Below, in pieces: positions 39,458 to 49,551 of a stretch of 64,000 bases of DNA. The stretch comes from Candidatus Latescibacterota bacterium. GTDB lineage: Bacteria; Latescibacterota; UBA2968; GCA-2709665. The stretch lies in NCBI GenBank assembly GCA_965116875.1, contig OZ220733.1:544001-608000 (forward strand), given 5' to 3'. Under the pieces are notes generated by a model. The model was not told the DNA's origin. It did no database searches and saw only the letters and a list, made by a program, of their open reading frames with translations. Made by a program: the position numbers and the translations under genes. The stretch's first letter is position 1; every line of letters begins with the position of its first letter.

Positions 39458-40921
39458 CTACGCGAACCAGTACGAAAAGAGTTCCGCCCGCCTGAGGTAG
39501 AACTTCAGCCGGATTTCCCGGCCCCTGAGCGGATCCAGATCCGTCCGCTCAAACCACGTCAGCCGATGGGAAACCGCGTCTCCATCCAAAGCCGCGCACC
39601 GGACCGCGGCGTATTCCGGCGTGTGGTATCCGTCCCCTTCGATTACGGCAGCGGTGAGTTCCCCGCCTCCCGCATCCGCATTCACATGGAGTCGCCCGCC
39701 AGGACAGACCATCGGTTCTGTCAACACCCACCCCGCCTGTTCCCCGGCCGCCAGACTCACGAACCCGTCCCGCCGAAGTCGCGCAAGCCCCGGAAGTCGC
39801 GTGTAGGACAACCCGTGTCCGTGTACGGCCATTCCATAGTAGAACCAGAGTTCGTCGTCCACAACCACCGGCGAGTTGGATGGCCAGATCACTCCGGAGT
39901 CCAATCCCCCTGGAGTATTGTCCAGAAACGGCAAGCGACCCTCCGACCGGCTCCATTGAACCCCGTCCCGGCTCGTTACCAGTTCGATGTAGCAGCGACC
40001 CAGCATCGCGGAATGTGCCGGCCAGTGCGGCAGCCGGTAGGGGAACCGTTTGGGGCGCTCTTCGGCGAACCCTTCCTGCACACACAGCAGCCCCACGTAC
40101 ATTCCCTCGTAGAAGAACACGCCGACCGTCTGGAATTCGGTCCCGGCCGGATCGCCGGCGTCCGGCGCGAGTACCGTTTCGAGTTCGGTCCACCCGGTCA
40201 GATCCTCGCTCTCGCTTCTGGCGATCAGGCGAACGGAGAGGCCCTCCGGATCGATCGCTTCGTCGGGACGTGCGACCTGCGGACGGAAATAGGCCACGTA
40301 TCGACCGATGTTCCCGTCCCATCCCGCCATGCAGTTCAGCCCGTCGGAATGCCCGATGCGACTGGGTACGCGCACGTCTTGCACGCCGGACCACGACACG
40401 CCATCGGACGAAAAGCTGATATTGAGGGGGTAATAGAGCATCTTGTACCTGCGAGCGTCATCCGAGTCGTGCTCGTCGATTACGACGCTCGGCAAACTTC
40501 CCGGAGGCTCGAACAGGACGTTGTTTTCCGTACTCCCGTTGATGTCAACCCGATTCAATGCCGGAAGCCGCCAGTGAATACCGTTGTGGGACTCCGCGTA
40601 GGCCACAACCGGCGTCCCGCCCCCGTATCCGAAGTCCCTGATTCCCGGAGGCTTCGTCTGGTAATACATCTGGAATAATCCGGAGGGGCCGCGAACCACC
40701 GACGTGGGCATGAGGCTGGGGTTCAGTTTCGGAACGCCGCCCTCGGGCGGTACCCGATCCTCCTCGTACCGCACGCCCTCCCGCGCGTCGTGGAATTGAT
40801 TGCCTACCAACAGCGGATTCCCGACGTATTTGACCGGCGAATGGTATAGCCGCGAAACGCGAAAGGTCTCCGCGACACCCTCGTCGTCCAGGAACAACTG
40901 ACGGTTGGCTGTCAATAGCAT
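39458..40921 (-). CDS. Five-bladed beta-propeller glycoside-hydrolase-like protein
   Basis: QLFLDD, YAES.NGIHW, S.DGV.W repeats, LARLRRDGFVS, LKFYLRRAELFS. Confidence 0.7.
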   Translation of the reverse strand: MLLTANRQLFLDDEGVAETFRVSRLYHSPVKYVGNPLLVGNQFHDAREGVRYEEDRVPPEGGVPKLNPSLMPTSVVRGPSGLFQMYYQTKPPGIRDFGYGGGTPVVAYAESHNGIHWRLPALNRVDINGSTENNVLFEPPGSLPSVVIDEHDSDDARRYKMLYYPLNISFSSDGVSWSGVQDVRVPSRIGHSDGLNCMAGWDGNIGRYVAYFRPQVARPDEAIDPEGLSVRLIARSESEDLTGWTELETVLAPDAGDPAGTEFQTVGVFFYEGMYVGLLCVQEGFAEERPKRFPYRLPHWPAHSAMLGRCYIELVTSRDGVQWSRSEGRLPFLDNTPGGLDSGVIWPSNSPVVVDDELWFYYGMAVHGHGLSYTRLPGLARLRRDGFVSLAAGEQAGWVLTEPMVCPGGRLHVNADAGGGELTAAVIEGDGYHTPEYAAVRCAALDGDAVSHRLTWFERTDLDPLRGREIRLKFYLRRAELFSYWFA

Positions 40922-41212
40922 AGGAGTAACCACCGTGAAGCGGCGTTTTTTTTACTCTCCAATTAACCAGCCGACGTCGAGCCGCGAGTCTGGATCGACT
41001 CTCTGCTGGTCAGAACGCAAACCGGGAAGGCGTCGTTTCTAATCTCGGGTAGTACAAACGCTCAATCGTCCAGGTTCTTTTCTGGCAATATACCAAGTAC
41101 GAAGAAACACCTACGTCGTGTTAATTCATCGATAAACCAACTGCACCCAAATCGCGGTAACTTCCAAATGACAACTACTACAGTACCCTCGGTAGTGATT
41201 TCATTCACTGTC

Positions 41213-42742
41213 TCAGTCGGGGCTATTCCCACCTTTCAATAGCTTCGCTTGAGGATGCCGCAAAAAGTGCTCGTCAAGAGCATCACCGATTGCTTTTAGT
41301 TTGCGTCTCGCGGCGATTTCTCGGATGCCGACACCATCTCTCCATTGAATCGGTTTCTTCTTCCGCCTTTTGCTTACAAGAACGAGCTTTTCCATCGCAT
41401 CGTCGTCGAATTTACCGGTGGTCCATATTTCGTACGTCTGATGATATTCACGTAGTCTCGGTTGTGTGTTGACGTAGTTTTGTATGACCGGAAGCTTATT
41501 TAACCATTTATTGACTTCGTCGAGCGAAACACTTCCGCCTGGAACCTTGCCTTTACACTCAATCGCGTGTACGGAATCGAAATCTTTCACACAAACTACA
41601 TCTAGATCGGCTCTATCGCCGGTCTCTGGATGAATGTGATGGACACCAAATTCGACACTTCCGCCTAGTTCTCGAGTAGCCACATAGCCGGCAATCATCT
41701 CGAACAGTACACCACGCAAATTGCCAGCCCGTCCCTCGATCTCTGAAAGGCTGCCAAGCAGTCTGTACAGTTCATCCACATTGACTGTGGCAATGTTTGC
41801 GACATCCTTTAGGTTCCGCAATAAGTTCCCGAGGGCGTATGCTACATGGTATCCGAACAGGTTCTTCGGTGTTGTCAGCACGATTCCGATCTTGTGCCCT
41901 TCGGTTAAGGCGGTGCTTGTAAAGCGTTCGGCCATTAAGATAGGAAAAAGTGGACCACTGTTTGAGGTCTTCTGATAGGTCTGTACTTTGCGCGAAAAAT
42001 ACCGGATGTGCTGAACGTCCATTTCTGCTTCAGCGAACACATCCGCGACAACAAACCCATGCCTGGAATTTCCTCTGTTGTTTTTGCCCTTAAGGGGAAG
42101 CAAGTAACTCGGACCGCATAGGTCCCATTTGAACTGACCCACCATCTGGTGACCAGGTTCACCTCGAATAGTTACGGTATTTATACTGCCAATGCCGTTC
42201 TTCCACACCCATTGACGAAGACCGTCCAGAAGTACACCTTCGGTGAGGCGCCGTGCTCTAATCTGCGCAGTGCTTAGTTTCCGAATCAAAGCGTTAGACT
42301 CACCGACCCAGCAGTGACCGAAACCGGACATTTCGCGATTCCCGATGATCCCGAGTTCCTTTAGCCTTCTTGCCACCTGGTCCGACGTGACTTGCTTCTT
42401 AAGCGCAATTGGTGCGCCGGTCACGACCGCGAATTCACCGATGGACACGACACCGCCTCTCGCATCAAGCCCGTCAATTGAGCACGCATAGATGCTACCG
42501 GTCTCCCGAAGGTCGCACTGAAGGTTGTACCAGAACAACTCGGAGTTTATCTGGTCACGCAGGTAGAAGAATGCTTCACGTTTTGGTAGAAGATCATTGA
42601 TTCGCTCCACTGGAGCGCGTGCCCTCGACATACGTTGTCGAGCGGCTTGCGTGGACATGCCATTCGAATCACTCAGGAGCGTAACAAGACGGCTTGTTCG
42701 CGAGGGACCGACTTCGGCGAGTATTTCGATGATGGGATTCAT
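41213..42742 (-). CDS. Uncharacterised 509-aa protein with C-terminal PD-(D/E)xK nuclease-like domain
   Basis: GVLFE..ADLDVVCVK..HAIECKGK; the N-terminus looks wHTH-like. Confidence 0.7.
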   Translation of the reverse strand: MNPIIEILAEVGPSRTSRLVTLLSDSNGMSTQAARQRMSRARAPVERINDLLPKREAFFYLRDQINSELFWYNLQCDLRETGSIYACSIDGLDARGGVVSIGEFAVVTGAPIALKKQVTSDQVARRLKELGIIGNREMSGFGHCWVGESNALIRKLSTAQIRARRLTEGVLLDGLRQWVWKNGIGSINTVTIRGEPGHQMVGQFKWDLCGPSYLLPLKGKNNRGNSRHGFVVADVFAEAEMDVQHIRYFSRKVQTYQKTSNSGPLFPILMAERFTSTALTEGHKIGIVLTTPKNLFGYHVAYALGNLLRNLKDVANIATVNVDELYRLLGSLSEIEGRAGNLRGVLFEMIAGYVATRELGGSVEFGVHHIHPETGDRADLDVVCVKDFDSVHAIECKGKVPGGSVSLDEVNKWLNKLPVIQNYVNTQPRLREYHQTYEIWTTGKFDDDAMEKLVLVSKRRKKKPIQWRDGVGIREIAARRKLKAIGDALDEHFLRHPQAKLLKGGNSPD

Positions 42743-43193
42743 AACGGTGTCACAGTGCTCTATTTATCACAATTACATACTCTCTTGAAAAAGCACGCAT
42801 CGAATAACGCTCAATAGAATCAATTATTTAAGTCAGAAATTTCCCCGCACACATGTTATGATGGAGATTGGAAGACGACCAAAAATCCGATGTCTAAGAA
42901 AACGGCATGGAGCAGTCACAAGCTGCGGAGGTCACGTCCGGGACCTCCGCGGTGTCGAGATGGGATCCAGAGGTGCCGCCGCGTGCGAAGTGCCACCGGT
43001 TTACCATATAGTCCAGGTTGGTGCGCGCTGTGATTGAGAAAGCATACGTCACCACACGATAAATGACAACGCGGCAGTCCAAGGTTGCATCTGGCTAGCG
43101 GCGATGCATAAGCCGTAAACTTGGCAGGAACAGGCTGAACGAAATCTAGCCCAGGCAGTCCACGAAACCTAGCTGACGCGCTTACACCCAGGC

Positions 43194-43478
43194 CTACACC
43201 GAGAAACGGAGCTTGATGCCGCATGCCGCTGACACCCTCGCGAGGGTATCGAGTCGCGGATTTCGTCGCCCGGACAGCGCTCGGGAAAGGGCCACACGAT
43301 CCAGCTTGGCTCGTCGCGCCAGTTCGGACACGCCGCCCCGCGCTTCGGCAACGTTGCGAAACGCCTTCATGAGCAAACGCGGATCATCGCCCATTTCCTC
43401 TATCGCCTCGTTCAGATAGGCGGCGGCGTCTTCCGGCGTATTGAGACAATCGCTGGCCTTATGTTCTTTTAGGGGCAT
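43194..43478 (-). CDS. Addiction-module antidote protein (HI1420-like HTH), copy 1
   Basis: LNTPEDAAAYL, RNVAEARGGVSELAR, RALSGRRNPRLDTL. Confidence 0.88.
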   Translation of the reverse strand: MPLKEHKASDCLNTPEDAAAYLNEAIEEMGDDPRLLMKAFRNVAEARGGVSELARRAKLDRVALSRALSGRRNPRLDTLARVSAACGIKLRFSV

Positions 43479-43721
43479 TTCATTTCTCCTGTTTTTATGC
43501 TTTCCAATGGGACTGAGCCGTAACAATATGGCTTGCTTGATGCTTCGGCGTTCTGTCGCCAGACAATTTCAACATTGCAAACGAGGTCAATTTTCTGTGC
43601 CTAACGATCCCGTCTGAGACCCCCAATTTTTCGTGTTCCACTGGTGCAAAAACGGTCTATCTGGGGAGGCGCCTTTGTTCCCAAGATTTACAGAATTGGG
43701 GAAATTGGGAATCGTACGTGT

Positions 43722-44642
43722 TTACGTGCCCAAAACAGCTTTCGGACCCTTTCCAATGGTCGCTTCGATGCGGTAGCGCAGTCGTTCTGCAAGCTCCCCG
43801 GTGTCTTGCCAATCAATCGTATTGTACTGTCGAATGTCGAAGTGTAGACCATTCATGTCACTCTTCCTACACGTCCAAATCACCGGTAGGTTTAATCCAA
43901 GGGCGAATCCTGCCTCAAAGTAAACTCCGCCGCGATGCTTGGTGAAATCCGCGACGACGAACGACGACGCCCTAATCTGTGCGATAATCTCATCATCAAT
44001 GCGATTTACGTGCTCTATTCGGTCCACTCGAACAGGGTCATAACCCGCGTTCAAGATGCCGACTTGAAACCCCTTTTCGTATGCAGGTTTTAAATCTTGG
44101 TCAAACGACATGGCAACGAATCCCTTATCGGATTGCACACCTCTACGTGACAATTCGTCGGCGGCAATGTGCCCGCGTGGACGGATTCCAAACAGGCCGT
44201 CGGAAGTAATCCTGTGTACCAAGCCCTCTTCAATTAACATTTCCACCAGATAATAGACATCGGCGTCATTGTTGGAGTATGTGGCAGCAAGAAACCTCGC
44301 GTCTTCAATATGGAAACCTGTACCCAGTAATTCCTGACCTCTCAATGCTTCAAGCAAGAGACGATTCCTACGTTCGGCAACTTCCGGGAGAGCACGAGCC
44401 GATACGCTCTTGAGCACATCACTTGAAACCGTTGGGGTCGTGCCAATCATATTCTGATCATACACCCAGCCGGCGACCTTTGCCCGAACAGCCGCATCTC
44501 TCTCCTGAAGGATCGAGCGGGCAGTTCTTGTTAGCTTAAATTCGCCGCAACCCTCACATTGCTGCCGAACTCCGTCAAATCCAAGCGACGGTAGCGTCTT
44601 CGCGACTCTCTTGCAGATTTCACAGCGGACGTCGTCAGACAT
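43722..44642 (-). CDS. Zn-ribbon + wHTH + nucleoside-deoxyribosyltransferase/TIR-like protein
   Basis: CEIC..CEGC; C-terminal FVAMSF, IDDEIIAQIR, VVADFT, GVYFEAGFA, FDIRQYN. Confidence 0.75.
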   Translation of the reverse strand: MSDDVRCEICKRVAKTLPSLGFDGVRQQCEGCGEFKLTRTARSILQERDAAVRAKVAGWVYDQNMIGTTPTVSSDVLKSVSARALPEVAERRNRLLLEALRGQELLGTGFHIEDARFLAATYSNNDADVYYLVEMLIEEGLVHRITSDGLFGIRPRGHIAADELSRRGVQSDKGFVAMSFDQDLKPAYEKGFQVGILNAGYDPVRVDRIEHVNRIDDEIIAQIRASSFVVADFTKHRGGVYFEAGFALGLNLPVIWTCRKSDMNGLHFDIRQYNTIDWQDTGELAERLRYRIEATIGKGPKAVLGT

Positions 44643-44924
44643 GTAATGCTCATCTTACGAATAGATGCTCTGATCACGGAAACACGAATCCCAGGTATTG
44701 CTGTCGACACAGCTTCTCGACCGCTAGGTAGAATTCGTGCACCCGATTCAGCAATGCCGTATCTCTGACTCGTTCCAACCCAAAAATGCCCTTGCCACGG
44801 CTCACAGGTTGGCGGGAATTTCGTCGGGTTCTTGTCAGAGGTCCTCGCGATACTGCATCGACTCTTCGCCCTTATCGAAGGCGCTAATCTCATTTGCGTG
44901 GACTACGATGCAACCTGGACAGAC

Positions 44925-45308
44925 TCAGGTAAGTTCCAAATGTCCTGTTCGAAAGTCGATGTTTAAGCTCAACCCTCGAATGAAGTCCAGCCCAAGAAGA
45001 CCGTCGACTCCAGCGCTCGGCGGCAAGGTATGACCCAATACTGGAAAATCACCAGTCGTCCTTCCCAGGGCCATCATCCCGTCCAATTTGACGAGAGGAA
45101 CGAATTCGACCCCGCTACCAGTCGTCACCTGAACACGATCCGGGGCCATAGCCGGATCGTAACCGAGCGCAACAAGCATCCCCACGTTTATTAACGTACC
45201 CGTCGCGCCAGTGTCGAGCGCGAGGCGCAGAACTGCACTGCCGTTCGGCCCCCACAATTCGGCCGACACGATAATCAAGCCCTGGTTTGGATTGAAGCGG
45301 AAACTCAT
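44925..45308 (-). CDS. Retropepsin-like aspartyl protease
   Basis: ALDTGA and GLLGLDF motifs. Confidence 0.88.
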   Translation of the reverse strand: MSFRFNPNQGLIIVSAELWGPNGSAVLRLALDTGATGTLINVGMLVALGYDPAMAPDRVQVTTGSGVEFVPLVKLDGMMALGRTTGDFPVLGHTLPPSAGVDGLLGLDFIRGLSLNIDFRTGHLELT

Positions 45309-45532
45309 AATACGATCGCCGTATCCTTTGGCATCTGCCCTGTATACAAAATGGCAAACCGTGCTGGCCGCAAAGCCACCGCCTGGCGATAAACCTCCTC
45401 ACGATCCTTGCTGTGCCAGCGTATTCTACCACCTTGCACTTGCAGGGCATCATTGGTCTGCGGGTCTTCGATGAGGATCCATTCAGAGGCGAACTGTGCG
45501 TGTATCTGGGCAATTGTCAGAACATCGTCCAT
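45305..45532 (-). CDS. Small DUF5678-like protein coupled to the aspartyl protease
   Basis: EWILIEDP, G.I.WHSKDREEVYR; ATGA overlap with the protease gene. Confidence 0.65.
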   Translation of the reverse strand: MDDVLTIAQIHAQFASEWILIEDPQTNDALQVQGGRIRWHSKDREEVYRQAVALRPARFAILYTGQMPKDTAIVL

Positions 45533-45615
45533 TCGTCGCATCCTCCAGTTGATTCATCACTGTGGTCGCAACACCGCCATCGAACATCTTGCACAGAAAA
45601 CTGCGGCCTGATGAC

Positions 45616-45796
45616 CTAAATGAGTGGTTCATCGGAGTAACTGCAAGAGTGCTCTTTCCTCGCCACTTTCGGCAAATATCGATCGCGAGAAAGAAATTCT
45701 TCAGGTCCCATGACAATAATCCCCAACTGGCTTTTCAGTTCATCGGCAAAATCCAGAATCCCTTTATCCCATGTAAGGAAATAATCTCTGCCGTAT
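45616..45796 (-). pseudogene. 3' fragment of the PIN-domain gene split by IS1380
   Basis: YGRDYFLTWDKGILDFADELKSQLGIIVMGPEEFL; in frame with 47501-48411 once the IS and one TSD copy are removed. Confidence 0.85.
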
Positions 45797-45800
45797 CTAA

Positions 45801-47500
45801 CCCGAATAATTCATGAATCGTCAGATAATGCGTTTTAAGGAAGCAGAAAGAGCTTCCGAGAGAGACAAGAAACAAAACAGTGTGGTCTGTGACGGATATG
45901 TCGTGTTGAACCGGTATTGGCGGTGGGTGCAGGCAACACGATGGCTCTGAGGCGTCAGGTTGCGCCGAATGCCGCTGTCAAACGTACAGACGTCTCCATG
46001 GTCCTTGGTCGTGTCGATGCAAACGTGATGGCGAGGTCAGAACTTCGATGGATTATGGAACCCCTGTTGACAGATTATCGAGGATTTTACGATAAAGGTG
46101 TTGGAGTGGAAACGCCGTTGGAAGATGGAACTTGATTTTGGTTTTCAACTCACAAACGCGCGCTGCGACTTTCAAGATGCGGTTTTGCAGGGTATTGAAC
46201 TGTGCGTTGACCCACTTCGTGCCGCGCAATCCGATGGTCGCCAGGGCATGCATCAGGACATAGGCGACGCTGTGGAGAAAGAGACGGAAGTGATTGGCTT
46301 CAAAGGTGTGACAAGAGGTGCGATCGGAATGGAGAAAGGTTTTGTGATTCTTGATGAAGTTTTCCATCCTGCCGCGCGCGCAATAGACGTCTTTGTAGAT
46401 GAATGAGGGCTGGCTACTTTCGAGGTTGGTCACTACAAAGCGTGCATTGGCTTGTCCCGAAGCGGTGATTTCAGCTTTGTAGATGATGCGTCGTGGCGAT
46501 GCCCAGGTGTGGGCCTGGTAATCGAAACTGGTAAAGCGCTGCACCGCCTGTCCGGTTTCCCGATATTCTGCCTTTGCCTGTTCCATCAACGGATGTGCCT
46601 GTTGTTCAAGCCTGTCGTTTCCAGTCTGTCCCAGCACAAAATACACGTCGTGTTCGTCGCAAAAGTCGTGGACCTCAGGACAAGAAAAATGAGCATCGCC
46701 ACGCACAAAGACAGCCACGTGGGGCCACGCCTTACGAAGGGCTTTCACCAGTCGCTTGAGAATGCTGACAATCTGTTTGCCGGAAGGACGCGCACCCGGA
46801 CGCAGGAGGGTCGTGATCAGTTTCCCTGTCTGGCCTTCATAAATGTGCAAGGGACAGTAGCAGCGTTGATCATGATAGCCGTTGAACAGAGACAACTGTT
46901 GATTGCCGTGAACCTCGTCGTTGGTGTCATCGAAATCCAGAACGACCGCTTTGGGAGGCACATCGTAGGACGCAATGAACTCATCCACAAAGGCCTCGCC
47001 GATGCGAACTAAGTCCCTGCGACGAATCCCGTTTTCCAATCGACTCATCGTGGGTTGACTGGCCAGGTTCGCGTCAGAGGCCGGCAACCGATCACAGGCC
47101 ATCTTGAACGCGGGATCCTCGCGCAACAAATCGCAATCGTTCGCATCTTCATACGCGCACGCGATCTGGAACACACGCTGACGGATCAGGTCTGCCATCG
47201 TGTGGTCCACATAACTTGGATGCCGACGGTCCGTTAACGCCGCCACGATACGCGACAGGATGCCGGTTTGCAACCCCACCTCCCGAAGCAGCATCACCCC
47301 CATATCGCTGGTGAGCGCCCCGCCATCGAAGACGGCTTCCACCTGCTTGCCCGAAACACTTGCGAAAGAGAGCGTGCATTGATTATCTTGAACGTCCACG
47401 GTAGTTTCCTCCATTGTCGTTGTGTTATGGTTATGACCGTAACCACAATATAATACAATGACTTGGGTATGGAAACTACCTTTTTTATGAATTATTCAGG
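45801..47500 (-). mobile_element. IS1380-family insertion sequence (1700 bp)
   Basis: IRs CCCGAATAATTCATGAA / CCTGAATAATTCATAAA; CTAA target duplication at 45797-45800 and 47501-47504. Confidence 0.93.
46053..47414 (-). CDS. IS1380 transposase (DDE_Tnp_1_4)
   Basis: FDGG.LTSD.G, YEDAND, LASQPT.SRLEN, LDFD, HGNQQ, VRGD, YCARG.MEN.IK. Confidence 0.93.
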   Translation of the reverse strand: MEETTVDVQDNQCTLSFASVSGKQVEAVFDGGALTSDMGVMLLREVGLQTGILSRIVAALTDRRHPSYVDHTMADLIRQRVFQIACAYEDANDCDLLREDPAFKMACDRLPASDANLASQPTMSRLENGIRRRDLVRIGEAFVDEFIASYDVPPKAVVLDFDDTNDEVHGNQQLSLFNGYHDQRCYCPLHIYEGQTGKLITTLLRPGARPSGKQIVSILKRLVKALRKAWPHVAVFVRGDAHFSCPEVHDFCDEHDVYFVLGQTGNDRLEQQAHPLMEQAKAEYRETGQAVQRFTSFDYQAHTWASPRRIIYKAEITASGQANARFVVTNLESSQPSFIYKDVYCARGRMENFIKNHKTFLHSDRTSCHTFEANHFRLFLHSVAYVLMHALATIGLRGTKWVNAQFNTLQNRILKVAARVCELKTKIKFHLPTAFPLQHLYRKILDNLSTGVP

Positions 47501-48411
47501 CTAAAGTGAGTGCGCAGGTGATCCCAGTCACGCCAGTCCGGTCGTCTTTTTTCGTTCATTTTTTCAAGTTTATTGGCAATGTCGGTTGAGTAACGAAATT
47601 CCTCGAATTCTTGAGTTCCTGCAACGTCGCGACCTGCTTTCCAGTGCGAATAGCGAATTACAGATCCAATCTCGTCAATGGCTAAATTCGAAAGTTCGTT
47701 TATCTTGCCAGACAAGGGTTGGAGAGGAACATCATCCCGGATCCTGCCCGTGACTGCGATATCGACTTTGTGGCTTTTTCCGAGTTCCAGTAGCTTCTCG
47801 ACGACCTCGTTACCCCTGTGATCCCAGTATTCCCTTATTACATTGGTGTCAAGTGTCACAGTCGGAAGTTTACGTACCTCGTCTGTTACGACCTTGCCAC
47901 CTGACTCGGCATAAACGACCTCTCGTGCTCCGCTTCTGTCAGGAACGTAGAGACGAATCTCGATGTTTGGAGGGATTTTCTGTCCACTGGGAATAGAGCT
48001 GCGAATGCAGTTAAGGAGTTCACGCCGTACCGAGTCAACGACATAACCCCTGTCAGCCAGATTATCCAGCTCTCTGATCTCGCACAAGGGCACGGCTAGG
48101 ACACCGTCTATTTCGCTACTACTGATAGGGCGACCTGTGCGTTCCTCGGCACGGGTACGAATTTCATTGCAAATGCGCGTACATTCCTCCTGAAGATATC
48201 TTAGCAGAATGCCCTTGACAGGCGAACTCCCAAAAACAATGTTCACTTTAATCTCTTGAATTCCCTCGACATACAGATCCATGAGCTGCGGATTCTGTTC
48301 CGCGATCTGTGCAAGGAGCATCGTAGACAATTCTTGAGCTGAGGATTCCTGCAGAGCAAGATCCCTTTCGAGTTCTGCTCGCAATTCCCGAATGAGTTCT
48401 GATTTTTCCAT
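47501..48411 (-). pseudogene. 5' part of a PIN-domain protein interrupted by IS1380
   Basis: VTLDTNV and RDWDHL PIN motifs; the ORF runs into the IS right end. Confidence 0.82.
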
Positions 48412-48724
48412 CGGTTACACCTATTTACCCTGAGCCGTCAGACGACAAAACCTGAGACGTCCTTTTGCAAGCCTATTGCTGTTGTTTTACCGCTCTTCCT
48501 TCTTCGTCCTTCGATCGAAAATATCACCGGGAAGTTTTCAACGTCGGAATTCAATTCGCCAAGTTCCTCCGTGTTCGAAACCTAGAGTTGGCAGCACTCA
48601 CCAATAGGAATCGGATGCGAATATCGTCTGACCTTTAGATATCCAAATCAATGTACCGGAAACCAGGTCGCCTTTCGGGCCATATTAGCTCTACTTCCAC
48701 GAGCCACTGTGATGCCATTCTGTG

Positions 48725-49009
48725 TTACGCCGAAAAACGAAGCTTGATGCCGCAGGCAGCGGAGACCTTCGCGAGCGTATCGAGTCGTGGATTCCGACGA
48801 CCGGACAGAGCTCGGGAGAGGGCTACGCGATCCAGATTGGCTTGACGTGCAAGCGCCGACACACCACCCCGCGCCTCTGCAACGTTCCGAAACGCCTTCA
48901 TCAGCAGGCGCGGATCGTCGCCCATTTCCTCTATAGCCGCGTTCAGATAGGCGGCGGCGTCCTCGGGCGTCTTGAGGTAGTCACTCGTATTATGTTCCTT
49001 TACGGGCAT
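48725..49009 (-). CDS. Addiction-module antidote protein (HI1420-like HTH), copy 2
   Basis: Close paralogue of 43194-43478 (DYLKTPEDAAAYL..NPRLDTL). Confidence 0.9.
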   Translation of the reverse strand: MPVKEHNTSDYLKTPEDAAAYLNAAIEEMGDDPRLLMKAFRNVAEARGGVSALARQANLDRVALSRALSGRRNPRLDTLAKVSAACGIKLRFSA

Positions 49010-49082
49010 CGCGTCTCTCCAGTTTCAAGGCTTTCCAGCGACTTCTGGCGTTCGCGAGGTCGCAAACTCAGTTCTTGCTTAA

Positions 49083-49111
49083 ATTGTAGCCAATTGACTA
49101 CGCAGAGTCAA
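49083..49111 (-). promoter_or_regulatory. Sigma70 promoter with overlapping palindromic operator for antidote copy 2
   Basis: Minus strand TTGACT-17 bp-TACAAT; palindrome GTAG-c-CAATTG-a-CTAC at 49086-49101. Confidence 0.7.
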
Positions 49112-49551
49112 GTGTTTTTCGATAGATCGAAAAGTTGAAACGCGGTGGGCTCCCGCTCAGAGTCGGTTTGTCCACCGCGTTGTGCTTCCACATTCAATGT
49201 CACGTTAATGTGCCACGTTTCTTAATCGTATTATTCAACCCGCTCCCGGAAGTTTGCTCACGCCTTAGCATCAAAGCGTTCAGGGAGGGCTCGTCCCCGG
49301 CAACATACGGATTCGGCCGAAATAGTCCCTGCCGAAACCCGTTCATTTATTGAGCCGGAATAGAATGTGCTAAACTGCATTCAGGAATTCGCTTTGTGGA
49401 TTAATAGATACGAGCGACTGGAAGTATGGCTGATTCGAGCGGTGGGTAGTTGCCGCGATCGAGGTAGGTAGAATGGTCACCGAAAGGATATCGTAGGTAG
49501 CGCCAGGGGATAGGTTTCGTGTACTACTGGGGAGGGAAATTGGATTACAGT

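Noticed and set aside
42800-44642. Retron, CBASS or Thoeris system around the NDT/TIR-like gene
   Set aside because: No reverse transcriptase, cyclase or SIR2/Macro partner in the window.
49139-49181. Hairpin AACGCGGTGG..CCACCGCGTT as an ncRNA
   Set aside because: Isolated REP/terminator-like stem with no further support.
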